From NCBI RefSeq assembly GCF_037902255.1, contig NZ_CP147990.1, positions 4,350,001 through 4,382,000 of the forward strand: DNA of 32,000 bases. Reading direction: 5' to 3'. A program made the translations under genes and the position numbers. Positions 25,022 through 32,000 of this stretch are shown one piece after another. Numbering within the stretch: position 1 is the first letter of the stretch; every line of letters starts with the position of its first letter. The notes below the pieces were generated by a model. It was not told the origin of the DNA, searched no databases, and saw nothing but the letters and a program-made list of their open reading frames with translations. This DNA is from Candidatus Electrothrix sp. GW3-4 (GTDB lineage: Bacteria; Desulfobacterota; Desulfobulbia; Desulfobulbales; Desulfobulbaceae).

Positions 25022-25264
25022 ATGAACAGAAAAAGTTTGATCTCATTGCTTGGCATGTTATTACTTGGCACCACCCTTATGCTGTTAGGTGGGTGCTCGG
25101 GTGAGAAAGAGGAAGCGGGCGTGGTTGAGCAGGCCTCGGATAAGGTTGCAGGTAAGGCTGTTGAGTATCTCAATAAGCCCTTAGATGCGGCCAAGAGGTC
25201 CCAGGCTGCGCAGGATGCAGAAACCCAGAAGCTGGAGGATGTGTTGGAGGAGAGCGGGGAGTGA
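25022..25264 (+). CDS. Small lipoprotein (80 aa), hypothetical
   Basis: AGGAG Shine-Dalgarno. Signal peptide with lipobox LLGGC, followed by a charged and probably helical mature part. Confidence 0.6.
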   Translation: MNRKSLISLLGMLLLGTTLMLLGGCSGEKEEAGVVEQASDKVAGKAVEYLNKPLDAAKRSQAAQDAETQKLEDVLEESGE

Positions 25265-25291
25265 GCGACTTCCTTTGACATTCTGTCACAA

Positions 25292-25329
25292 CGCTTCTCA
25301 ATAATGTTTCCGAACAGCGTTGAGAAGCG
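25292..25329. terminator. Hairpin between the convergent lipoprotein and GT4 genes
   Basis: CGCTTCTCAA (25292-25301) pairs with TTGAGAAGCG (25320-25329) across an 18-nt loop. There is no clear U-tract. Confidence 0.35.
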
Positions 25330-25337
25330 GAAGAAAA

Positions 25338-26432
25338 TCAATGAACCGCAACACCATATTCCGCATAGACGCGGAGGATATTTTGAATCATGCTCGTCAG
25401 GCCGTACTTTCCAGCAATATCCTGCCGCTGCTGTTCAATCATTGCTTCATCCCGCTGGAGATGTTCTGCCAGTTCGAGTAAGCCTGCCTTGGCTGTTTCC
25501 AGGTCATTATAGTCAACCGTTCGGTAGTGGTGAACAAACTCGAGGGGTTCGAGAAGAGAAGGGGTACGGCTGACCAGCAGGGGGATACCGTAGAGGAGGC
25601 CTTGGATAAAGGACTGGGAAACGCCCTCGGTGCCATAGGAGGAGAAAAAGATGATATCAAGGGCGGAAAAATACCGTTCAGGGTCTTCCCGGTGACCGGT
25701 GAGGATAAAGCGGTTTTCAACGCCTGCTTCGGCAATATCCTTCTCCAGGATTGCCCGGTCGTTGCCGCCGCCGACGATCATGAATTTATAGTTCTCCGGC
25801 AGAGTCGCTGCTGTGTGGACGATAAATTGATGTCCCTTATATTCCCGTAAAAAAGAGATGTTTCCCACCAGGATATCCTGTTCTCCTATACCATATTGCT
25901 CACGTATTTCTTGGCGGTCCTGAGCGGAAAATTGAAAACGCTGTTCATCAATACCGGTGGATTGAACAATGACTTTTTCCTTTTGCACCTTTTGCTGTAT
26001 CAGTTGCTTGGCGATGGATTCGCTACAGGCAAAAATAATATGGGCAAAGGCGTTATAGCTGAAGGAAGAAGAGATTGGGGCCAGTACATGTCGGGTTTTA
26101 ATGATCAGGGGAACACGACAGATCCTTGCCAGGCAACCGGCCATCCAGGAGTCCTCTGAAGAATGGGTGTTGATAACTGCTGGTTGGAGGCGACGAATAA
26201 GTTTATAGAGATCCCACCAGGCAGCAAGGTTGAACTTGGAAGAAAAGTCGATGTAATGCACCGGGATCCCTTCGGCTTGGCCGCGCCGGGCAAGTTCTGC
26301 TCCTTCACGAACAACCATGCCGACGCGAAAACCTAATCGTTTGAGTTCTCGCAACTCGGTAAGTGTACGTATTTCCTGGCCCCCCCAGGAACGTGACCAA
26401 TCAGTGTGTAGGATAAGTGGTTGTTGCGTCAA
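25338..26432 (-). CDS. Glycosyltransferase family 4 (GT-B fold)
   Basis: TTG start. N-terminal ILHTDWSRSWGGQE. The C-terminal domain SSYGTEGVSQSFIQGLLYGIPLLVS carries the EX7E-type motif. Confidence 0.9.
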   Translation of the reverse strand: MTQQPLILHTDWSRSWGGQEIRTLTELRELKRLGFRVGMVVREGAELARRGQAEGIPVHYIDFSSKFNLAAWWDLYKLIRRLQPAVINTHSSEDSWMAGCLARICRVPLIIKTRHVLAPISSSFSYNAFAHIIFACSESIAKQLIQQKVQKEKVIVQSTGIDEQRFQFSAQDRQEIREQYGIGEQDILVGNISFLREYKGHQFIVHTAATLPENYKFMIVGGGNDRAILEKDIAEAGVENRFILTGHREDPERYFSALDIIFFSSYGTEGVSQSFIQGLLYGIPLLVSRTPSLLEPLEFVHHYRTVDYNDLETAKAGLLELAEHLQRDEAMIEQQRQDIAGKYGLTSMIQNILRVYAEYGVAVH

Positions 26433-26674
26433 GGTGTTGATCCCTTATAAAAAGTTTTAAGCAGAAATGCCGAGTCAGTGTTTCAAATAGTATAATAGAT
26501 TCTCTTATCGTTCGTAAAGGCGCTTCTTGCCTGCCTTCCGAATTGCGAGATTCCTGGGGGGAAGAGATTAGGCAGAATCTTGACAAGGGATAATGGGCTG
26601 TGTACTATGTACTCCTGCTGGTACCCCTCCTCTTTTTTTTTCTCTTTCCAACCATTTCCTGGAGAAGATGGACA

Positions 26675-28321
26675 ATGAACGGCGCAGAACTCATGGTCAA
26701 ATGCCTTGAGAATGAAGGAGTTGAATACATCTTCGGTATTCCTGGTGAAGAAAATCTCGCCTTTTTGGAGGCCTTGCGATCCTCCTCTATTCAACTGATT
26801 CTGACTCGGCATGAGCAGGCTGCCGGATTTATGGCAGCAACCTATGGTCGACTCACCGGCAAACCAGGCGTCTGTCTTGCCACTCTCGGGCCAGGAGCAA
26901 CCAATTTTGTCACCAGTGTTTCTTATGCCTTTTTGGGTGGCATGCCCTGTCTGTTTATCACTGGCCAGAAACCGATCAAGAGCTCCAAACAGGGCCGGTT
27001 TCAGATTATTAATGTAGTCTCCATGATGGCCCCTATTACCAAGATGACCCGTCAGATTGTCGGGGCAGACTCCATTGCCACCTTGGTTCGTGAATCGTTT
27101 CGGGTGGCGGTTCAGGAAAAGTCCGGGCCGGTTCATCTGGAACTGCCTGAAGATATTGCGGCGGAACAGACCACAACCTTTCCCTTTCCTGTCACCCCGG
27201 TTCGCTCAGCATATGCCTCGGACAGAACTCTTGAAGAGGTTGCGGCAATCATCAGACAGGCAAAGAATCCCCTCCTGCTCCTTGCTGCGGCCAGCAATCG
27301 CCACCAGCAGGCAGGTCCGTCCCTTGAGCATTTTATCGAGCGGACCGGTATCTACTTTTTTTCCACCCAGATGGGGAAAGGTGCGGCGGACGAGTTTCAT
27401 CCCCGTTGCTTGGGGACGGCAGCCCTTTCTGATCATGATTACCTGCATTGCGCTATTAGCAGGGCGGACGTGATTGTCAATGTTGGCCATGATGTCGTGG
27501 AAAAACCGCCTTTTTTCATGAAGAGAAATGGGGTCACGGTTATTCACATCAACTACTTCAGCGCCGTCTTTGATGAGGTCTATTTTCCGCAGTACGAGAT
27601 GATCGGGGATATTGCCGATTCTATGCAACGCCTGGCCGCGCTTATTGTCCCGAACTCCCTTGGTGGAGATGGCTATTTTCACCTCCTCAAGGAGGAGGTT
27701 GACAAGAATGTCTACAAGCGCACTTTGCCTGCCACTTTCCCGTACACGCCGCAGCAGTTGACCAGGGTTCTGCGTGAGCTCATGGACAAGGATTCCATCC
27801 TTTCCCTGGATAACGGGATGTACAAGATATGGTTTGCCCGTAATTATCGTTCCATGAATTCGCATTCCGTGCTGCTCGATAATGCCTTGGCCACTATGGG
27901 CGCTGGCCTGCCAGTGGCCATTGCCGCCAAGATACTCTTTCCAGAAAAGAAGGTGGTGGCGGTTTGCGGCGACGGCGGCTTCATGATGAATTCCCAGGAA
28001 CTGGAAACCGCTATTCGCCTGAAACTGGACCTCACTATCCTGCTGCTCCGTGACGATGGTCTGGGCATGATCAAGTGGAAACAGGGCGGGATGGGGCTGC
28101 CTGCTTTTGGGCTCGATTTCGGCAATCCTGATTTTGTCAAGTATGCTGAGAGCTATGGGGCCAAGGGGTACCGGGGTGTTAATCAGGAACAGCTCGCGGA
28201 AGTGCTGGAGCATTGTCTCAATACCCCTGGAGTGCATCTGATTGATCTGCCCATTGGCTATGCGGAAAATGAATCGGTGCTTATTGAAGAGCTAAAGCGC
28301 AAAACCTGTTTGCTGGGGTGA
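26675..28321 (+). CDS. Thiamine-diphosphate enzyme of the acetolactate synthase large-subunit family
   Basis: Start is ATG 26675 (GGAGA Shine-Dalgarno; MNGAELMVKCLENEGVEYIFGIPGEENL). TPP-binding motif GDGGFMMNSQELETA. The 26600 start adds an implausible hydrophobic leader. No small-subunit gene is adjacent. Confidence 0.9.
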   Translation: MNGAELMVKCLENEGVEYIFGIPGEENLAFLEALRSSSIQLILTRHEQAAGFMAATYGRLTGKPGVCLATLGPGATNFVTSVSYAFLGGMPCLFITGQKPIKSSKQGRFQIINVVSMMAPITKMTRQIVGADSIATLVRESFRVAVQEKSGPVHLELPEDIAAEQTTTFPFPVTPVRSAYASDRTLEEVAAIIRQAKNPLLLLAAASNRHQQAGPSLEHFIERTGIYFFSTQMGKGAADEFHPRCLGTAALSDHDYLHCAISRADVIVNVGHDVVEKPPFFMKRNGVTVIHINYFSAVFDEVYFPQYEMIGDIADSMQRLAALIVPNSLGGDGYFHLLKEEVDKNVYKRTLPATFPYTPQQLTRVLRELMDKDSILSLDNGMYKIWFARNYRSMNSHSVLLDNALATMGAGLPVAIAAKILFPEKKVVAVCGDGGFMMNSQELETAIRLKLDLTILLLRDDGLGMIKWKQGGMGLPAFGLDFGNPDFVKYAESYGAKGYRGVNQEQLAEVLEHCLNTPGVHLIDLPIGYAENESVLIEELKRKTCLLG

Positions 28322-28370
28322 GCTTCCCAAAAGGGGACAGATTTTTTTTAAGGGGCCATGCGAGAAGGGC

Positions 28371-28399
28371 AAAAAGAGGATAAATCTGTCCTCTTTTTC
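28371..28399. terminator. Bidirectional intrinsic terminator between the TPP enzyme and DUF3786-like genes
   Basis: AAAAA-AGAGGA-TAAATCTG-TCCTCT-TTTTT: a 6-bp stem flanked by A5 and T5 runs. Confidence 0.6.
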
Positions 28400-28408
28400 T
28401 GAGCAGGT

Positions 28409-29218
28409 TTATCCGCTATGCTTGTGGATCAGCTGTTCGAACATCTCCACCATGCCCCGTCCCAGGGTGTAGATGGATTCCACATTGCTGTTTTCTGAGA
28501 CCGTGGTATCGAAGAGGATATTCAGCTTTGCCGGAAAGGCGTCCTCGGGCTCCCAATAATTAATGAGAAAGGGCACGCCGGGAAGGGGGAGGAGGAGAAA
28601 GGATTTATCCGCATCGATTTTTCCCTGGAGATCCTCAATTTCCTCGACCTCAAAGAGATCCAGGATTTCATAAAAGACCTCGGTCTGTTCCTTGGCCAGA
28701 CGGCTCATCTCCTGCTCGCAGCGACGGGCGAAAAAAGCCTCTTTTCCTCCTGAATTTTCAATATCGCTAAAGGTAATCCATTTTCCGATGGGTTGCCGTC
28801 CTTTGCTCTGAAGGAGATAATGGAGTACCGGAATATGGACCCAGTTATTCCGGTGGCACTCAGAAACCATCTCTCCTTGGCCATCAATCCAGAAATACTT
28901 GCCCAGGCATTTTACGCCCACGCTTTCATTTTTTAAGGGAAGGTCCAGCCGCCGGGCGACGTCCCGGAGGTCTTGCTGGCTCAGTTCCTGTCGCAGGGCT
29001 GCGAGATGGACTTCCTGCTCCTCACTCATAGATTTTTTTTGGACAATACCGCCGGAGAGCTCGTTGATTTTCTCCTCGCTCAGTAAGGGGCAGTCGCTGA
29101 GTTTTTTTTGGCCCTGAATCACGGCAACGGAAAAGGCCATGCAGGAGGGCAGCATGCAGCGGCGGCAGTTGGATTGGTTCAGGTGTTTATAGAGCTCCAG
29201 GGGGGTTTTGATCATCAT
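28409..29218 (-). CDS. Fe-S domain (CX2CX4CX16C, PF04060-like) protein with a DUF3786-like C-terminal region
   Basis: Start is the ATGATG at 29218/29215 (AAGGAGA Shine-Dalgarno). SNCRRCMLPSCMAFSVAVIQGQKKLSDCP matches the putative Fe-S cluster domain seen in RnfB/CdhD-type proteins. The DUF3786 assignment is from memory. Confidence 0.65.
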   Translation of the reverse strand: MMIKTPLELYKHLNQSNCRRCMLPSCMAFSVAVIQGQKKLSDCPLLSEEKINELSGGIVQKKSMSEEQEVHLAALRQELSQQDLRDVARRLDLPLKNESVGVKCLGKYFWIDGQGEMVSECHRNNWVHIPVLHYLLQSKGRQPIGKWITFSDIENSGGKEAFFARRCEQEMSRLAKEQTEVFYEILDLFEVEEIEDLQGKIDADKSFLLLPLPGVPFLINYWEPEDAFPAKLNILFDTTVSENSNVESIYTLGRGMVEMFEQLIHKHSG

Positions 29219-29425
29219 CCATTTTCTCCTTAGATAGATAGTCTTGTCCAGATTAGAACAGAATGGAGGGGATTCGGCAATCATCCATTCCGCAGACTTT
29301 GTTCTTTTTTTGTGCTGGTGCCTAAACAAGAGGGGAGAAAAAAAACTCCCCTTGACATCATCTGGAAAAAATAGTTAGCTTGCTAAGTAAATTCATATCT
29401 CATTTATTCAAACAACAAGGTCGTC

Positions 29426-29854
29426 TTGCAACTTGATCCCTATGAAAGCATGGGCTTTCACTGTAACCTCACGGTAAAAGCCTTTCTCAGCGTATTGGGT
29501 GAAAAGCTCAAAGGCACTGATATCAGCCCGAGTCAATTTCTCGCGCTGGCGAACCTCACCGCCTTGGGTCCACTCTCCCAGTCTGAACTGGCTGAACGCC
29601 TGGCTATTACCGGCGCAACCACTGCCCGCCTCATCGACCGTATGGAACGGGATGAATGGGTGCGGCGGGAGCGCGCCCCGGAAGATCAGCGCGTTAAGAT
29701 GATCATTCCCACAGAAAAGGCTGCTGGAACCTGGCAGGAGATCTCTGCCGCTGGTCGGGAAGTTCTTGACCAGGCCTATCAGGGGATCAGTAAAGAAGAG
29801 TTGGAGACCGTCAAGAAGGTCCTGCAAAAAATTCGCAATAACTTAGAAAGATAA
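29426..29854 (+). CDS. MarR-family transcriptional regulator
   Basis: Winged-HTH LSQSELAERLAITGATTARLIDRMERDEWVRRERAPEDQRV. Start is TTG 29426 or ATG 29450. Lies 25 nt upstream of the RND gene. Confidence 0.85.
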   Translation: MQLDPYESMGFHCNLTVKAFLSVLGEKLKGTDISPSQFLALANLTALGPLSQSELAERLAITGATTARLIDRMERDEWVRRERAPEDQRVKMIIPTEKAAGTWQEISAAGREVLDQAYQGISKEELETVKKVLQKIRNNLER

Positions 29855-29879
29855 TTACTCGTTCCCGGAGGAGTTCCCG

Positions 29880-32000
29880 ATGAGCCGTATCAGAGACCGT
29901 ATAGAAAGAAAATTTGCCGCAGCAGCAGGTCTGTTGTATCGGCATAATATTCTCACCTTGCTCCTGCTCGCTGTGTTTGTCGGTGGGCTCCTTTCGCAGC
30001 TGCCCAAGCTCACCTTGGACACCTCCACCGAAGGTTTTCTCCACGAGCAAGACCCCGCCTTGTTGGCCTATAATGATTTCCGGGATCAGTTCGGTAATAC
30101 AGAGATGGTCATTGTCGCCGTCAAAAGCAAGGACATCTTTGCGCCGGAGTTTTTGCAGAAGCTGAAGAAGATGCATGTGGAGCTGCGCGATACGGTTCCC
30201 TATCTGGATGATATTAATAGCCTGATCAATGCCCGGAATACCAGGGGAGAGGGCGACCAGCTTATCGTCGAGGATCTGCTGGAACACTGGCCAGAGACCC
30301 CGGAAGAACTGGCTGCGGTGAAGGAACGGGCTGTAACCAATCCGCTCTATAAAAATCTCCTTATCTCAGAAGAGGGAGATTTCACCGCCATTGTCTTGCA
30401 GATGCAGGCCTACTCCTCGCAGGGAGAGGAGGTTGATGATGTCCTCGCTGGTTTTACAGAGGAGAGCGACAGCACTGAGCAGAAAGAAAGGGTTTATCTT
30501 ACGGATGCGGAAAACGGTGAGGTCGTTCAGGCGGTGACCCGCATTGTCGACGCCTACCGTGCTGCGGATTTTGAGATCTATGTTGCCGGTGGTCCGGTGG
30601 TGACGGATTTTCTCAAAAAGGCCATGATGAAGAACATGCGGAAATTTATGATACTGGCCATCCTGACCATTGGCATATGTCTTTTCCTGATGTTTCGTCG
30701 GGCCTCAGCGGTTTTTCTGCCGCTCTTTGTGGTTATTCTTTCTCTTCTCTCCACCTTGGGGCTGATGGCTGCCTGTGGGACACCGATAAAACTGCCCACC
30801 CAGATCCTCCCCTCCTTTCTCCTGGCTGTCGGTGTGGGTGATTCTGTCCATATCCTGGCAATTTTCTTTCACCGCCTCCGCCGTAATTCGTGGGATAAGG
30901 CAGAGGCCGTGCAATATGCCGTCGGCCATTCCGGGCTTGCTGTATTCATGACCTCATTGACCACGGCAGGCGGTCTGCTCTCCTTTTCCACCGCTGATGT
31001 CGCCCCTATTGCTGATCTGGGAATCTATGCCGCTGCCGGAGTGATGTTGGCCTTACTCTACACCCTTATTCTCTTGCCCTCACTCCTTGCTCTTATTCCT
31101 CTGAAAAAGAAAAAAGAAACGCATAAGATGAAGGGCACCTCCCGGCTTGATGGTATTTTGTCCTCAATCGGCCATTTTGCTACCGGCAATCCCAAGGCAA
31201 TCCTGGCAATCACCGCCCTGATTTTTATAGTATCCATCATAGGCATTACCCGAATCAAATTCTCCCATGATATTGTCCGCTGGTATAAAAAGGACTCGTC
31301 TATTCGTATTGCCTCAGAAACCATTGATGAGGAGATGCGGGGTTCCATCGCCCTGGAGATTGTCCTGGATACAGGCAAGGTCAATGGACTGTATGACCGG
31401 GACCTTCTGCAACGCATAGATAGTTCGGTCAAGTATGTGGAGCAGGTACAGGAAGGGGAAATCTTTGCGGGCAAGGCCTGGAGTATCACCACTATTCTCA
31501 AAGAAATCCACCAGGCCCTGAATGAAAACAGAGCAGAATTCTACAAGATTCCAGATAATCCCCAGCTAATCCCCCAAGAATTTCTCCTCTTTGAAAACAG
31601 CGGTTCCGATGATTTGGAAGATGTGACGGACAGCCAGTTTTCCAAGGTCCGCTTCACCATTAAGGTACCGTTCCAGGATGCGGTAGCCTATACGGATTTT
31701 ATTCAGACCATTAATGAACACTTCAGTCAGACCTTTCCTGAGCTGAAGATCACCACCACCGGGATGACGTCTATCCTTTTTCAGACCATGGCCCGGGTGA
31801 TTCGCAGTATGGCCAAGAGCTACACCATTGCGCTCATCGTCATCACCGCCTTGATGATTTTGCTTATAGGTAAACTACGCACCGGCATCCTGAGCATGGT
31901 TCCCAATCTCTTCCCTATTATGTTGACGTTGGGAGTGATGGGCTGGTTCCAGGTGCCTCTGGATCTGTTTACCATGTTGGTGGGAAGTATCTCCATTGGT
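29880..32000 (+). CDS. RND-superfamily / MMPL-type exporter (3' end lies outside the window)
   Basis: GGAGGAG Shine-Dalgarno plus ATG 29880. I checked by hand that the frame stays open for 707 codons to the window edge. It shows an MMPL-like TM bundle (PSFLLAVGVGDSVHI, SLTTAGGLLSF) and a second repeat beginning near 31.8 kb. It is absent from the ORF track because it has no stop. Confidence 0.9.
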   Translation, partial: MSRIRDRIERKFAAAAGLLYRHNILTLLLLAVFVGGLLSQLPKLTLDTSTEGFLHEQDPALLAYNDFRDQFGNTEMVIVAVKSKDIFAPEFLQKLKKMHVELRDTVPYLDDINSLINARNTRGEGDQLIVEDLLEHWPETPEELAAVKERAVTNPLYKNLLISEEGDFTAIVLQMQAYSSQGEEVDDVLAGFTEESDSTEQKERVYLTDAENGEVVQAVTRIVDAYRAADFEIYVAGGPVVTDFLKKAMMKNMRKFMILAILTIGICLFLMFRRASAVFLPLFVVILSLLSTLGLMAACGTPIKLPTQILPSFLLAVGVGDSVHILAIFFHRLRRNSWDKAEAVQYAVGHSGLAVFMTSLTTAGGLLSFSTADVAPIADLGIYAAAGVMLALLYTLILLPSLLALIPLKKKKETHKMKGTSRLDGILSSIGHFATGNPKAILAITALIFIVSIIGITRIKFSHDIVRWYKKDSSIRIASETIDEEMRGSIALEIVLDTGKVNGLYDRDLLQRIDSSVKYVEQVQEGEIFAGKAWSITTILKEIHQALNENRAEFYKIPDNPQLIPQEFLLFENSGSDDLEDVTDSQFSKVRFTIKVPFQDAVAYTDFIQTINEHFSQTFPELKITTTGMTSILFQTMARVIRSMAKSYTIALIVITALMILLIGKLRTGILSMVPNLFPIMLTLGVMGWFQVPLDLFTMLVGSISIG

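Noticed and set aside
26483-27136. 217-aa minus-strand ORF, and the 26600 start of the TPP enzyme
   Set aside because: The minus-strand ORF is antisense to the conserved N-terminus of the TPP enzyme. The 26600 start adds a 25-aa hydrophobic leader upstream of a GGAGA-ATG site that matches the family N-terminus.
29408-30287. Minus-strand ORFs of 139 and 158 aa, with others at 30578-31511
   Set aside because: They are antisense to the MarR and RND genes, which have clear family motifs and an uninterrupted 707-codon frame.

Overview
This 32-kb chromosomal window holds about 35 protein-coding genes. I recognised no rRNA, tRNA, CRISPR array, transposase or integrase. The gene content (RACo-type corrinoid activator, DUF3786-like Fe-S protein, HPF-CSD fusion, GTAGGGG-type GC-rich palindromes) suggests an anaerobic Desulfobacterota-like organism, but that is inference only. 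Most of the window is housekeeping: the atpG 3' end, nadA, hpf, hemH, pal, nth, xth, a NarL-type response regulator, hup, lgt, ligA, a 4-OT-family tautomerase, a GT4 glycosyltransferase, an AHAS-like TPP enzyme, and MarR plus an RND/MMPL exporter that runs off the 3' edge. Three parts are not ordinary. (1) A ~5.6-kb accessory island at 13.65-19.26 kb lies between lgt and ligA, with every gene on the minus strand. It carries a Zn-ribbon / 98-aa / Pol-beta nucleotidyltransferase module, a DUF559 (Vsr-like) nuclease fusion, vapBC, a frameshifted SieB-like gene and an orphan HigA-type antitoxin. It also contains a duplicated ~215-bp module with 21-nt phased tandem arrays and two ~108-nt long-palindrome elements. 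(2) A four-gene envelope cluster lies at 0.36-5.2 kb. (3) The nth-xth junction shows xth without a canonical start, one frame off from nth, next to a C5 run. All family assignments come from motif recognition by eye, and none was checked against a database.
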